64,000 nucleotides of DNA from Gammaproteobacteria bacterium (GCA_965222615.1 CBDCUI010000009.1:832001-896000), one strand, 5' to 3'. Counted from the stretch's first letter, positions 1-11,072 are shown. Numbers and translations: made by a program. Notes: generated from the letters alone by a model not told the origin.

Positions 1-360
1 GGCGATTTACATAGAACACTTGGTAACTATAAGTTAGCGGAAATCGATTTAACTAACTCTCTTGTTTATGGCAGCACAGAAAGATGGAATTGGCATATGC
101 TAGCAGAAGTTTATTTGTTTGATTATAAAAACTATGAAGAAGGTGAAAAGGTAGCTAAAAAGGGTCTGGTATTTCATCCCAGAGACGAATTTTTGTGGTA
201 CGACCTAGCGATTGCACAATCTCAATTATTTAACTGCGAAGTGATGGATACATTTAAAAAATTCTTAAAAATATGTAAAAAACAAGATTGCTCTGAACAA
301 AATATAAATTGGATAAAAAATTCACAGGAAATATTTAAACAAAGAAAATTTTGTGCTTAA
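1..360 (+). CDS. TPR-like repeat protein, C-terminal part (5' truncated by window)
   Basis: Frame is open from base 1 (GDLHRTLGNYKLAEIDLTNSL...WHMLAEVY...LWYDLAIAQSQL), with TPR-like helix-pair spacing; stop at 358-360. Confidence 0.55.
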   Translation, partial: GDLHRTLGNYKLAEIDLTNSLVYGSTERWNWHMLAEVYLFDYKNYEEGEKVAKKGLVFHPRDEFLWYDLAIAQSQLFNCEVMDTFKKFLKICKKQDCSEQNINWIKNSQEIFKQRKFCA

Positions 361-460
361 ATTTTTGTCAACGATTATTGTTATTAAAAACCAAGCTTTT
401 AATCATCTGATGTGCGCAAATCGAAATAAGTAAATTATAACCTCCCATAATTAGCCATTC

Positions 461-994
461 ATGACTTCTATCCGTGAAGCAACGAATCTGGATCGTGACA
501 ATATTTGCGAAATACACATGCTCAGCTTTGATAAATCCGAAGCAAAGAATGTTGCAACGCTCGCATCCAATCTTCTTGACGAAAAAACAAGCCCTGAAAC
601 ATTGACGAAGGTTGCCGAAATAGATGGCGCAGTGGTAGGCCACATAGCATTCAGTCCAGTAACTTTTGATTCGAGCAAGGATTTGAAAGGTTATATCTTG
701 GCACCACTTGGCGTAAAACCCGAGTATCAAAAACGCGGAATCGGATCGAAACTCATTGAAAATGGTATAGAGTTACTAACAAGGAAAGGAGTCAACGTAT
801 TATTTGTTTACGGTGATCCGAAGTTTTACGGCAAGTTCAGGTTCAAAGTCGAGACTGCTGCCAGATACTTGCCACCTTACAAGTTACAGTATCCTTTTGG
901 GTGGCTAGCACTTACCCTTAACGAGGAGGGTTCTGCTGAACATACTGTCAAGATATCGTGTGTAGCTTCATTGTGCGATCCAGCACTATGGTAA
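461..994 (+). CDS. GNAT N-acetyltransferase (YhbS-like)
   Basis: LAPLGVKPEYQKRGIGSKLI acetyl-CoA motif A (QxxGxG), VYGDPKFYGKF. Confidence 0.9.
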   Translation: MTSIREATNLDRDNICEIHMLSFDKSEAKNVATLASNLLDEKTSPETLTKVAEIDGAVVGHIAFSPVTFDSSKDLKGYILAPLGVKPEYQKRGIGSKLIENGIELLTRKGVNVLFVYGDPKFYGKFRFKVETAARYLPPYKLQYPFGWLALTLNEEGSAEHTVKISCVASLCDPALW

Positions 995-1015
995 TCATGC
1001 TGCTAACAAAACATT

Positions 1016-1044
1016 AATGTCTGCTATTGGCCAAAAGCAGACTT
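1016..1044. repeat. Imperfect palindromic intergenic repeat, copy 1
   Basis: aatGTCTGCTattggccaaaAGCAGACtt, 7-bp perfect stem; related copies at 1098 and 2334. Confidence 0.7.
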
Positions 1045-1097
1045 AATTTAAACCATTTAGGTAAATATCAGGTTGGAAACTTTAAAATCTTATTGAA

Positions 1098-1128
1098 AAT
1101 GACCGTCTACGATCCAAAGCGGACAGTT
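1098..1128. repeat. Imperfect palindromic intergenic repeat, copy 2
   Basis: aatgaccgtctacgatccaaagcggacagtt; shares AATG.CYG...AAGCRGAC frame. Confidence 0.55.
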
Positions 1129-1214
1129 AAGATTGACAGTTTATTGTTCTACGTCAACATAAAACGAGCACTTATTGGCATGATATAGAACAATAAATAG
1201 AGGGGCACCAAATC

Positions 1215-1466
1215 ATGGCCTCAATTGAATCTTTAGCAACGTTTTTTGGTTGGTGTACAGTCATCAACTTAGGGATTTTATTGATATTTGTGTTACTCAT
1301 GAGTTTCATAAATAAAGATGGTTTCCTTGTCAAATTCAGTACGAAAATTTTTGGTAATACGAAAGAAGATACTTGGGCAACTACATTTCGTGTTTTTCAA
1401 CAATATCGTCTCTTGTTTGTAGTTTTCAATGTCGTGCCTTATATCGCACTGAAAATCATGGCCTAA
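1215..1466 (+). CDS. Small membrane protein (DUF6868-like)
   Basis: FFGWCTVINLGILL...Y.LL..VFNVVPYIALKIM pattern, two hydrophobic segments, RBS-like agagggg upstream. Confidence 0.7.
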   Translation: MASIESLATFFGWCTVINLGILLIFVLLMSFINKDGFLVKFSTKIFGNTKEDTWATTFRVFQQYRLLFVVFNVVPYIALKIMA

Positions 1467-1534
1467 TAAATTCACCTCAATTTCCTAATAATATCCCTCA
1501 TAAAAAGAACGTGGGTGTACGTAAAGAAGAAAAA

Positions 1535-2329
1535 ATGAAAATCACTTACTACCTTTACAACACTTTTGTTATTGAATTGGGTAATAAAAAAATAGCTATA
1601 GACCCAGGGGCATTATTCTTCTATTTTTTCAGACTCACGCCTTTAATTCCAAAATCGGAATGGAAGGATATTACACACATCTTCATAACTCATGGTGATA
1701 TTGACCATTACTGGCACACGGATCGCGTAGCAGAAGTCTCTGGAGCTAAAGTGATTTGCAATAAAACTATGATAAAAAACATAGAGGGAAAAGCACTAAT
1801 GCTTGGACCTCGAGATAAAGGACTATCATTTACAACAGCAATTAACAATATTCATGCCATCTCAGTTAATGAAACAATTCAGCTTGATGATATGTCAATT
1901 ACAGGAATAAAAACGACGCATGGTGACTTAAAGATTAAATTAGGTCCATTTTCTAAAACACTAAGGCCAGGACCAGATGAGAGAGTTGGATGGGGCGCCA
2001 TTGGTTTCAATATTAAACTTGATGGGAAAAGTATTGTTAATCTTGGAGATACTCTACTTCATACAAATGAATGGAAAACAATAAGCAATCCTGACATATT
2101 AATGATTCCGATTGGAGGCTCAATCATTCACAATACAATGGACGAGAGAGAAGCCTTGCAAGCGGTAAATATAATGCAACCAAAACTTGTAATTCCCTGC
2201 CATTATAACTGTCCTGCACTCTTCACAAAAAAATATAATCCTGCTAATGACGAGATATTTAAAAAAGAAGTGAATCAAACAGGTTCAAAATGTGTAGTTT
2301 TATATAATGGGGAATCAATAAATTTTTAA
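1535..2329 (+). CDS. MBL-fold metallo-hydrolase (UlaG/UPF0173-like)
   Basis: THGDIDH (HxHxDH variant), GDT, IPIGG, IPCHY motifs; likely start MKITYY at 1535 rather than 1373. Confidence 0.85.
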   Translation: MKITYYLYNTFVIELGNKKIAIDPGALFFYFFRLTPLIPKSEWKDITHIFITHGDIDHYWHTDRVAEVSGAKVICNKTMIKNIEGKALMLGPRDKGLSFTTAINNIHAISVNETIQLDDMSITGIKTTHGDLKIKLGPFSKTLRPGPDERVGWGAIGFNIKLDGKSIVNLGDTLLHTNEWKTISNPDILMIPIGGSIIHNTMDEREALQAVNIMQPKLVIPCHYNCPALFTKKYNPANDEIFKKEVNQTGSKCVVLYNGESINF

Positions 2330-2333
2330 AAAG

Positions 2334-2363
2334 AATGACTACTATTAGCCGGAAGCGGATATT
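2334..2363. repeat. Imperfect palindromic intergenic repeat, copy 3 (degenerate)
   Basis: aatgactactattagccggaagcggatatt, 4 bp after the hydrolase stop codon. Confidence 0.55.
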
Positions 2364-2405
2364 AGATAATTAAGACTTTTATATGTGGTACCGACGTAAA
2401 AACGT

Positions 2406-3200
2406 CTAATTATTTTGTAGTGCTGATAATTCAGCATCACTAAAACCCGCTTGTTTACGTGCTTCAATCTGAAAAGGCCCGCGTAATTCCCCACCCATAT
2501 ACTTAGTTAATAATTCTTGAAAGGTCTGCTCTGGTATTAAGCCTTGTTGTTCGCACACATAATTAAACCAGCGTGTGCCGATTGCAACATGACCAATTTC
2601 TTGTTCAAAAATTATTTTTAAAATATTTGCTGTGGCTTCGTCACCATGACTTTGCAACTTTGTGATCATTTTTGGGGTTACATCCAGACCTCTGGCTTCC
2701 AGCACTCTGGGTACTAACGCCATTCGCGCAATGATATTGTCAGCAGTTTTAATCGCCATTTCCCATAAGCCATTATGTGCATCAAAATCACCATACTCAT
2801 AATCTTGTTCTTGTAATCGATCGCGCAACATTGAAAAATGCTGTGCTTCTTCAAAGGCAACTTGCAACCAGTCGCGATAATATTTTTCAGGTAATTTTTG
2901 ATATCGGTATATCGCATCAAGCGCTAAATTGATTGCATTAAACTCTATATGTGTAACGGCATGAATTAAAGCTGCACGCCCTTGTTCTGTAGCCAAACTG
3001 CGTCGTGGAACTGCGCGTGGCTGTACTAAATTAGGTTTTTCAGGACGACCAGGAATGTCAATTTTTTCTATTGAGTCAGTGCATTTTAAATTTAGATCGT
3101 GGTGATCAATATATTCTTTAAGTTGAAAGACTTGTTTGCATTTGTCATCAGGATTCGACTGCATTAAACAGTCATATGCATCGGCAAATATAGATCTCAT
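2406..3200 (-). CDS. Ferritin-like domain protein (DUF455)
   Basis: HAVTHIEFNAINLALD, EEAQHF, VPRVLEARGLD, EIGHVAIG diiron-type motifs. Confidence 0.9.
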   Translation of the reverse strand: MRSIFADAYDCLMQSNPDDKCKQVFQLKEYIDHHDLNLKCTDSIEKIDIPGRPEKPNLVQPRAVPRRSLATEQGRAALIHAVTHIEFNAINLALDAIYRYQKLPEKYYRDWLQVAFEEAQHFSMLRDRLQEQDYEYGDFDAHNGLWEMAIKTADNIIARMALVPRVLEARGLDVTPKMITKLQSHGDEATANILKIIFEQEIGHVAIGTRWFNYVCEQQGLIPEQTFQELLTKYMGGELRGPFQIEARKQAGFSDAELSALQNN

Positions 3201-3223
3201 ATGAATAGAAAAATGAACAATGA

Positions 3224-3754
3224 CTATTTATCAATAATGACTAAGGATGCAATCTCGATGCGATCATATAAGTCAATAACGTCTTGATTTTTCATGCGAA
3301 TACAGCCTTCCGAGGCAGGTTGACCTATCAAGCCTTCTTCATGAGTGCCATGGATATAAATATATCTTGCATAGCTATCCACCCCTGCTCCTTTATTTAC
3401 CCCCTCCTCCAGACCTGCTAGCCAGATTATTCTGGAGGTAATGCAATCTTCATTGGTGCAAATATCTTCATGCTCAATGTTGGCACAACTATGTGTACGT
3501 TCTCTAGCTTTAAATATTTCGGCAAACTCCGCATCACCACCAATTTTTTCTTGAACACAATGAACCCCTAACGGAGTTTTATAAGAGTCTTCTTCTTGCC
3601 CGGTACCGTATCGAGAAGTAGATATTGGATATTCACATACACACTCATTATTCAAAAATACGTATAGCTTTTGCTCACTTATTTTTATTACAACTGCAGG
3701 ATAATTTGCATGTTGTGGATACTTATCGCAAGCTTGCTTTACTCTATGTAACAA
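3224..3754 (-). CDS. L,D-transpeptidase (YkuD) family protein
   Basis: TPLG, IYIHGT...ASEGCIRM catalytic His/Cys motif. Confidence 0.9.
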   Translation of the reverse strand: MLHRVKQACDKYPQHANYPAVVIKISEQKLYVFLNNECVCEYPISTSRYGTGQEEDSYKTPLGVHCVQEKIGGDAEFAEIFKARERTHSCANIEHEDICTNEDCITSRIIWLAGLEEGVNKGAGVDSYARYIYIHGTHEEGLIGQPASEGCIRMKNQDVIDLYDRIEIASLVIIDK

Positions 3755-3806
3755 CGTCTTAACTCTTTTAGTTTCTGGAATTTAAGGACTTAAACCAAGA
3801 CTAACA

Positions 3807-3928
3807 GGAAGTTATGATTTATTCTGAGACGAGGCAAAAAATGTCGAGATGAGCGATGTGTATTGACTCATACATGAGCGATATCGAGATCATTTTTTAA
3901 CAAAGTATCGGGATAAATCAGGACTTCC
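3807..3928 (-). mobile_element. MITE family A, copy 1 (inverted relative to copies 2 and 3)
   Basis: Terminal IRs ggaagttatgatttatt / gataaatcaggacttcc; reverse complement shares gctcatgta...tacac and ctcgacattttttgcct with copy 3. Confidence 0.75.
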
Positions 3929-3934
3929 TAAGGT

Positions 3935-5440
3935 TCAACTACTGTTGTGTAAGTCTATCCCAATATATTCTTTTTCATGTTCTTGTTTTGATTTGTCACT
4001 TCGGACCACTTCTAAGTTTTCAAAGTAACCGTCTTCAACACCTGTAATGTAATCACCATTAAACACCGATGTATCGAATTGTTCTAAACGCAAGTTTCCT
4101 TGTTGCACTGCCGAGATCAAATCATCCAAATCTTGATAAATCAACTTATCTGCATTTATTTCAGTACATATTTCATCAATTTCTTTATTAAATGCAATTA
4201 ATTCATTGCGTGCAGGCATATCTATACCATAGATATTCTGATAACGAATTGGAGGAGATGCGGAAGCAAAATACACTTTTCTTGCACCCGCATCGCGCGC
4301 CATTTGTACAATTTCCCGTGAAGTGGTGCCACGCACAATGGAGTCGTCGATAAGCAATACATTTTTGTCCCTAAACTCTAAGCCAATCGGATTCAGTTTT
4401 TGTCGTACTGATTTTTTGCGAATCTTTTGTCCTGGCATAATAAATGTACGTCCAATGTAACGATTTTTAATAAATCCTTCTCGATATTTAACTCCCAATA
4501 AATAAGCAATTTCAATTGCAGCTGTACGACTGGTATCAGGAATCGGCATGACGACATCAACATCGTGATTAGGCCATTGCTTAAGAATTTTTTTCGCTAA
4601 CTTCTGGCCCATCCGCATACGCGCCTTTTGCACAAAGACATCTTCAATAACAGAATCTGGGCGCGCAAAATATACATACTCAAATATACACGGCGAATGA
4701 AGCACTTGCGGTGCACAGTGCTGAGCAGAAATTTTTCCATTTATATCAATAAATATCGCCTCACCCGGAGCGATATCACGTACTAAACTAAATCCAAGCA
4801 CATCCAGTGCTGCGCTTTCGGAAGCGACCATGTATTCTGTTCCAAATTGTGATTCTCGCACTCCATAAACGAGTGGCCGGATACCATTTGGATCACGAAA
4901 AGCAACAATACCCCTACCGGTAAGCATAGCAACCACTGCATAGGCACCTTTACAGCGCCTGTGCACACCTTTAACCGCTGCAAAAACTTCTTCAGCTTGC
5001 AGTTGTAGCGATTGTTGATTGGCTAGCTCATGTGCAAATATGTTTAAAAGAATTTCTGAATCAGATTCTGTATTGAGATGACGTCTATCTTCTAAAAATA
5101 ATTCTTTTTTTAGTTGCTCTGCATTTACTAAGTTACCATTATGCCCAAGCGAAATGCCAAATGGCGAATTGACATAAAATGGTTGCGCTTCTGCAGAAGA
5201 TGATGACCCAGCTGTCGGATAGCGGACATGAGCAATACCCATCATGCCTTTTAAGCGTTCCATGTGACGACTGTGGAAAACATCTCGTACTAAACCGTTT
5301 GCTTTGCGTTGGTAGAGTCGGCCCTCATCATAAGTAACTATACCTGCCGCATCTTGTCCACGATGTTGCAATACTAGTAAAGCATTATATAGATCCTGAT
5401 TAACTGCTCGATTAGCAACAATGCCAACAATACCGCACAT
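3935..5440 (-). CDS. purF: Amidophosphoribosyltransferase
   Basis: N-terminal MCGI nucleophile Cys, [23 protein letters not shown] motif. Confidence 0.98.
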   Translation of the reverse strand: MCGIVGIVANRAVNQDLYNALLVLQHRGQDAAGIVTYDEGRLYQRKANGLVRDVFHSRHMERLKGMMGIAHVRYPTAGSSSSAEAQPFYVNSPFGISLGHNGNLVNAEQLKKELFLEDRRHLNTESDSEILLNIFAHELANQQSLQLQAEEVFAAVKGVHRRCKGAYAVVAMLTGRGIVAFRDPNGIRPLVYGVRESQFGTEYMVASESAALDVLGFSLVRDIAPGEAIFIDINGKISAQHCAPQVLHSPCIFEYVYFARPDSVIEDVFVQKARMRMGQKLAKKILKQWPNHDVDVVMPIPDTSRTAAIEIAYLLGVKYREGFIKNRYIGRTFIMPGQKIRKKSVRQKLNPIGLEFRDKNVLLIDDSIVRGTTSREIVQMARDAGARKVYFASASPPIRYQNIYGIDMPARNELIAFNKEIDEICTEINADKLIYQDLDDLISAVQQGNLRLEQFDTSVFNGDYITGVEDGYFENLEVVRSDKSKQEHEKEYIGIDLHNSS

Positions 5441-5460
5441 GTAACTAAGACTTAATTGTG

Positions 5461-6027
5461 TTAAAGATTGTAGGATGAGGCTTGTAATTCAGCCTCATCA
5501 AATGAAAAGTATTTTGAGTATTCGGGTGGCATGATATCAATAACCTTGCGTGCCACTAATTCAAACGGAGGCAAAAACTGCGATGCCTTCCAAGTATCTG
5601 AACGTGGAAAACTCGTCAAAGCCGCCAATAAAATAACAATTACCACTACGGCAGCACCTCTCGCCACTCCAAAAAACGCGCCTAATATCCTATCAATTCC
5701 ACGTAGTGCACGTGTTTGGGTAATTTGACTAAGTATATAATTAAGCAGAGCACCGGCAATTAACGTCCCTATCACGATTAATATGAATGCGATGCCTACA
5801 CGTAACTTACTTGCTTCCACTCCACCTGTACCAAAATTGATGGTTGCTTCATCAATACTAGAGGGAAGAAATAACGCTACTTGTTCAGAAAATGTCATGG
5901 CTAACCAAATTGCTGCAATCCAGCTGGCTAGAGAAATCGCTTCTTTCACAAAACCTCGGAACATAGCAATCACTACTGAAATAAGAAGTATGATCGCAAT
6001 GCCGAGGTCAATCCACGATAATTCCAT
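5461..6027 (-). CDS. cvpA: CvpA family membrane protein
   Basis: [23 protein letters not shown]; position upstream of purF. Confidence 0.93.
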   Translation of the reverse strand: MELSWIDLGIAIILLISVVIAMFRGFVKEAISLASWIAAIWLAMTFSEQVALFLPSSIDEATINFGTGGVEASKLRVGIAFILIVIGTLIAGALLNYILSQITQTRALRGIDRILGAFFGVARGAAVVVIVILLAALTSFPRSDTWKASQFLPPFELVARKVIDIMPPEYSKYFSFDEAELQASSYNL

Positions 6028-6102
6028 ATATGGCCTTCATCAAAAACTAGTTTTTATATTCTATGCTGAATAAATATTGATATAACTGAATTTTATGAAA
6101 AA

Positions 6103-6678
6103 TTAAGGATGATTGGTTACAAAGCTGTCAGTAAGCCCATGCTCTTGCTCAATTTTATCGCGCATTTTCTCAGCATTTTCTCGTTTTAATTCGGGCCCAA
6201 CTTTTACACGGTATAAAACCTTATTTCCATTAGCAGTTTTTTCCGTAAATGCTGGATAATTCTCTGCTAACAACTTTTGTTGTAACGCCATTGCCTTTTC
6301 TTCTTCGCCAAATGCAGCAACTTGAACTGCCCACGCACTTAAATCTGGGTTTGGTTTTATATGATTGGCTGTGGCTTCAACTACCTTTGGCTTTGGTTTT
6401 TCTTTTACAACAGGGGCAGTCTCAGCAGTTTTAGCTTCTTGTTTAGGAACTGATTTGGCTTGAGTGTCTATCTTATTATCAATAGGCGGCAATTCGTCCA
6501 ATTGCTTGGTATCCGGTAGATCACTCTCGAACACAAATTTCGGTTTAGGTGGTGCTTCCATATTAATCGCCACGGTTTCTTGCTGGCCCGACCCATCTAG
6601 AATCATCGGCACAAATATTACTGCCAGCGCGATGATTACCGCTGTACCAATTAATCGTTGTTTTAAAGTAGGGTCCAT
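6103..6678 (-). CDS. dedD: Cell division SPOR-domain protein DedD
   Basis: LKQRLIGTAVIIALAVIFVP anchor, C-terminal WAVQVAAF...YRVKVGP SPOR domain; folC-dedD-cvpA order. Confidence 0.9.
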   Translation of the reverse strand: MDPTLKQRLIGTAVIIALAVIFVPMILDGSGQQETVAINMEAPPKPKFVFESDLPDTKQLDELPPIDNKIDTQAKSVPKQEAKTAETAPVVKEKPKPKVVEATANHIKPNPDLSAWAVQVAAFGEEEKAMALQQKLLAENYPAFTEKTANGNKVLYRVKVGPELKRENAEKMRDKIEQEHGLTDSFVTNHP

Positions 6679-6737
6679 AGAAATACGAATTACATAGAGT
6701 ATGATTAGACCGGTTTTAGTGAAAAACGTTTAGCTAA

Positions 6738-8003
6738 TTATACTTCTAGGCTTAACACTTCCGCCACTGTTAAGAATGAGCCAAATACGACAATCCGCGA
6801 AGTCGTGTTGGCCTCTTGTTTGGCCGCAAAATAGGCTTGTGAAATCGTTGGATAAGCCTGTGAAATGCATTCTGGACAATGCTGATGGAGCTTTTTCTGT
6901 AGCTCATCACATCCCATTGCACGTTCACTATCCAGCTGAGAAATAAACCACTTATCAAACACGCCCTTCACGGTCTCAATAATGCCATCAACGTCTTTAT
7001 CTGCTAATACAGCAAACACGGCGTAGGTATTTGTGGCTGGCTCTAAATCTTGCAAATTATTTACTAATGCCTTAGTGCTATCCAAGTTGTGTGCCACATC
7101 AAGAATAATATCGCAATTACCGGATATTCTTTGAAACCGACCTAACAAGTTAATATTGCTTAAACCACGATCAATACATTCCCGCGTCACAGGTAATGAA
7201 CCATCAAGTGACGATAAACCCATCAAAGCAGTGGCAGCATTGCTAATTTGCACGCCTCCATACAAACTCGGTATCGGTAAATTATTCCACTCCAAGCTTG
7301 AAGATTCAAAGGACCAAGTTTGATTATCATTTTTCTTAACAAAATAATCGCTATTGATCATATACAATTTCGATCCAATATCTTTTGCATATTTAATCAA
7401 ACTTTCTGGAGGGTCTTTATCACCACAAATTGCAGGGCAGTCCGCTCTAAATATTCCAGCTTTTTCAAAGCCAATTGATTCACGAGTAGAACCTAACCAC
7501 TGCACATGATCAATGCCAATACTTGAAATAATCGCTAGATGCGAATCTAAAATATTTACCGCATCTAAACGACCCCCAAGCCCAACTTCATAAATTGCCA
7601 CATCTAAGTCTAGCTGACTAAATATTTGCATTGCAGCTAATGTTCCAAATTCAAAATAACTCAAACTGATTTCACCACGTGCCTCATCTACTAACGAAAA
7701 GGCGTTACAGAGTGTTTCATCGTCGACATTATTTTGTTCAATCCTGATGCGTTCGTTGTAGTGTAACAAGTGTGGAGATGTGTAGGCCGCTACTCGATAA
7801 CCTGCATGGTGATAAATTGACTCTAACACTGCGACGATAGAGCCTTTACCATTGGTTCCAGCAACAGTAATTATTTTACTCTTTGGTTGTAGCACACCTA
7901 GGGAGTTAGCAACGTCTGCAATTCGATCAAGACCCAGTTCGATCTTTTGTGAATGTAGAGTTTGCTGCCAGGCAAGCCAATCTTGGAGATGCTCGAATCT
8001 CAA
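6738..8003 (-). CDS. folC: Folylpolyglutamate/dihydrofolate synthase
   Basis: VAGTNGKGS, EVGLGGRLDAVN, DVAHN. Confidence 0.97.
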   Translation of the reverse strand: MRFEHLQDWLAWQQTLHSQKIELGLDRIADVANSLGVLQPKSKIITVAGTNGKGSIVAVLESIYHHAGYRVAAYTSPHLLHYNERIRIEQNNVDDETLCNAFSLVDEARGEISLSYFEFGTLAAMQIFSQLDLDVAIYEVGLGGRLDAVNILDSHLAIISSIGIDHVQWLGSTRESIGFEKAGIFRADCPAICGDKDPPESLIKYAKDIGSKLYMINSDYFVKKNDNQTWSFESSSLEWNNLPIPSLYGGVQISNAATALMGLSSLDGSLPVTRECIDRGLSNINLLGRFQRISGNCDIILDVAHNLDSTKALVNNLQDLEPATNTYAVFAVLADKDVDGIIETVKGVFDKWFISQLDSERAMGCDELQKKLHQHCPECISQAYPTISQAYFAAKQEANTTSRIVVFGSFLTVAEVLSLEV

Positions 8004-8105
8004 AGTAGTTAAAAATAGAAGTGAATAAAGCTGTTTGTAACAGTTTTAAATTATTAAGTATAGATAGTGCTGTCTATTTATTACCCACTATGGATAAAAA
8101 ATCAC

Positions 8106-8975
8106 TTATTCTTCATCAGCAATTTCTAGATTTAATAATAAACATAGTATTTGATAAATCTGATCTCTAATATTTTGGCGATCTACGATCATATCTAAGG
8201 CTCCATGTTCAAGCAAAAATTCACTACGTTGAAATCCTTCAGGCAAGGTTTCCCTGACCGTTTGCTGAATCACCCTAGGTCCAGCAAACCCTATTAGAGC
8301 CTCAGGTTCTGCTATATGAATATCTCCGAGCATAGCCAAACTTGCCGACACACCACCCATGGTAGGATCGGTTAATACGGAAATAAATGGAATTCCTGTT
8401 TCGCGCATACGTGCTAGCACCGCACTTGTCTTTGCCATCTGGAATAAAGACATCAGTGCCTCTTGCATTCTAGCGCCTCCACTGGTTGAGAAACATACTA
8501 GTGGTATTTGATCTCTTAAAGCATATTCTGCACCCTGTAAAAACCGCTCTCCTACTACAGATCCCATGGACCCACCAATAAAGTTAAAATCAAACGCAGC
8601 AGCAATAATTGGTAGTTTTTTTAGTTCACCCTTAATTACAATTAAAGCTTCTTTTTCGCCCGTAGTTTTTTGTGCGGTTGTCAGTCGGTCCTTATATTTC
8701 TTGCTGTCTTTAAATTTGAGAAAATCCCTTGGCTCTATATCACTTCCGATTTCTTCTTGCTGACCTTCATCTAGAAAAGCTTGTAGTCTTTCCCGTGCAT
8801 TAATTCGCATATGATGATTACATTTGGGGCACACTTGAAGATTACGCTCTAGATCAGAACGATATAGTACCGCACCGCAGCTTTCACATTTATCCCAAAG
8901 CCCTTCGGGGACTTTGCGCTTACTCGTACCTTCCGTACGAATACGTGAAGGCATTAACTTTTCTAGCCAACTCAT
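8106..8975 (-). CDS. accD: Acetyl-CoA carboxylase carboxyltransferase beta subunit
   Basis: CxxC...CxxC zinc finger, [18 protein letters not shown]. Confidence 0.98.
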   Translation of the reverse strand: MSWLEKLMPSRIRTEGTSKRKVPEGLWDKCESCGAVLYRSDLERNLQVCPKCNHHMRINARERLQAFLDEGQQEEIGSDIEPRDFLKFKDSKKYKDRLTTAQKTTGEKEALIVIKGELKKLPIIAAAFDFNFIGGSMGSVVGERFLQGAEYALRDQIPLVCFSTSGGARMQEALMSLFQMAKTSAVLARMRETGIPFISVLTDPTMGGVSASLAMLGDIHIAEPEALIGFAGPRVIQQTVRETLPEGFQRSEFLLEHGALDMIVDRQNIRDQIYQILCLLLNLEIADEE

Positions 8976-9015
8976 ACTTATTAGTACACCAGTAACACTG
9001 AATAATTATTCATCG

Positions 9016-9843
9016 TTAAGCCACTTCTTGTTTTATTGAATCGCTATCAATCGCTTCTCGTATACTCATCAACAAGATTTTAATATCTTGATGCATTTTT
9101 TCGTAATCTGATAAGTTTTTTTCTATTTTTCGAATTACAGCACTTCCTACAACAATTGCATCAGCAGTTGATGCTAGTAATTTAGCACTTTCAGCATCTT
9201 TAATTCCAAATCCTACACCAACCGGTAATGAAGATACTTTTTTTATCTGCCTAACTTTATCTTTCACTTCTGTAATATCTAAATGGCCTGCACCGGTTAC
9301 ACCTTTTAATGAAACGTAATAGACAAAACCAGAAGATTTCTCACAGATCTTTTCAATTCTAGTAACATTAGTCGTTGGGGCAATTAAAAAAATCGAATCA
9401 ATACCATGTTGTTGATATATGCTTAATTCAGATTCTGCTTGTTCAATAGGCAAATCCACTGTTAATACCCCATCGATTTGACTATCTTTGGCTGCTTGCG
9501 CAAATTTTAAAGCTCCCATCACTTCAATTGGATTTTGATAGCCCATCAATATCACGGGTGTATGGTCATTGTGCTTGCGAAAGTTTGCTACCATGCCTAG
9601 CACTTGGTGCAAGTTAGTATGGTGCTCAAGTGCACGTTCACAAGCCGCTTGTATCACTGGACCATCTGCCATGGGATCAGAAAATGGCACCCCCAACTCG
9701 ATAATATCTGCACCCGATTCTACCAAAGTATTCATCAGCTTAACCGTTTCGTCAGGATGAGGATCTCCTGCGGTAACATAAGGAATGAGTGCTTTACGGT
9801 TCGACTGTTGCAAGGCATTGAAACAGGATTGGATGCGACTCAT
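9016..9843 (-). CDS. trpA: Tryptophan synthase alpha chain
   Basis: [27 protein letters not shown]. Confidence 0.98.
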   Translation of the reverse strand: MSRIQSCFNALQQSNRKALIPYVTAGDPHPDETVKLMNTLVESGADIIELGVPFSDPMADGPVIQAACERALEHHTNLHQVLGMVANFRKHNDHTPVILMGYQNPIEVMGALKFAQAAKDSQIDGVLTVDLPIEQAESELSIYQQHGIDSIFLIAPTTNVTRIEKICEKSSGFVYYVSLKGVTGAGHLDITEVKDKVRQIKKVSSLPVGVGFGIKDAESAKLLASTADAIVVGSAVIRKIEKNLSDYEKMHQDIKILLMSIREAIDSDSIKQEVA

Positions 9844-11072
9844 AGTTTAATGCCTTCTAACTTTGCTACGGTATTAATATCTTTATCGCCACGACCAGAC
9901 AAATTAACAATAATTTTTTGCTCATGTGTCATCGTTGTCGCTAATTTACATGCATAAGCCAAAGCATGACTACTCTCTAACGCCGGAATAATGCCTTCTA
10001 CTTGAGTCAATTCGTGAAATGCCGTCAAGGCCTCGTCATCGGTAACCGAATCGTATTGCACCCTGCCGATATCTTTGAGCCAGGCGTGCTCAGGACCTAC
10101 TCCTGGATAATCTAAACCCGCAGAGACCGAATGGGTTTCAAGAATTTGCCCATCATCATCTTCCATTAAATAGGTACGATTCCCGTGTAGCACACCCGGA
10201 CGACCTGCATTAAGCGGGGCAGAATGTTGTTTCGTATTAACCCCCAAACCAGCTGCTTCCACCCCATACATGTTTACGGAGTCATCATCTAAAAAAGGAT
10301 AAAACAACCCGATGGCATTGGAACCACCCCCTACACAGGCAACTAATGCATCTGGCAAACAATTTGCTAGTTCACTCAGTTGTCGTTTAGCCTCACGCCC
10401 GATAATCGCTTGAAAGTCACGCACCAATACGGGATAAGGGTGTGGCCCGGCTACCGTGCCAATAATGTAAAACGTGTTATCTACATTCGTAACCCAATCT
10501 CGTAAGGCCTCGTTCAAGGCATCCTTTAATGTTTTTGAACCCGAAGTCACTGGTATAACTTCTGCGCCTAAAAGTCGCATGCGATAAACATTGGGAGCTT
10601 GGCGATGTATATCGTGTTCTCCCATATAGACCACACATTCCAAACCTAACCTTGCTGCAACCGTGGCGCTGGCGACACCATGCTGACCTGCACCAGTTTC
10701 GGCAATAATGCGAGTTTTCCCCATACGTTTGGCAAGTAGCGCTTGACCAATGGTGTTATTTATTTTGTGCGCGCCAGTGTGATTTAAGTCTTCTCTCTTT
10801 AAAAATATCTGTGCACCCGAATACTTTTGACTTAAATGCTGAGCATGATAAAGCGGGCTTGGTCTACCCACATAATGCTCAAAATCGGCATTCAACTCAG
10901 CCATAAACTCCGGGTCGTCTTTATAGGTTTGATAGGCTTGTTCTAGTTGTACAAGTGGTTCAATGAGTGTTTCCGCCACATAACGACCACCATACTCGCC
11001 AAACATCCCCAGATCGTCTGGAAACTGATCTAACAAAGTCTGAGATGAATGTGGTGTTACAACACTAGACAT
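9840..11072 (-). CDS. trpB: Tryptophan synthase beta chain
   Basis: [14 protein letters not shown] lysine, [18 protein letters not shown]. Confidence 0.98.
   Translation of the reverse strand: MSSVVTPHSSQTLLDQFPDDLGMFGEYGGRYVAETLIEPLVQLEQAYQTYKDDPEFMAELNADFEHYVGRPSPLYHAQHLSQKYSGAQIFLKREDLNHTGAHKINNTIGQALLAKRMGKTRIIAETGAGQHGVASATVAARLGLECVVYMGEHDIHRQAPNVYRMRLLGAEVIPVTSGSKTLKDALNEALRDWVTNVDNTFYIIGTVAGPHPYPVLVRDFQAIIGREAKRQLSELANCLPDALVACVGGGSNAIGLFYPFLDDDSVNMYGVEAAGLGVNTKQHSAPLNAGRPGVLHGNRTYLMEDDDGQILETHSVSAGLDYPGVGPEHAWLKDIGRVQYDSVTDDEALTAFHELTQVEGIIPALESSHALAYACKLATTMTHEQKIIVNLSGRGDKDINTVAKLEGIKL

Noticed and set aside
1373-1534. N-terminal extension of the MBL hydrolase
   Set aside because: Overlaps the upstream gene and is non-homologous; the fold starts at MKITYY (1535)
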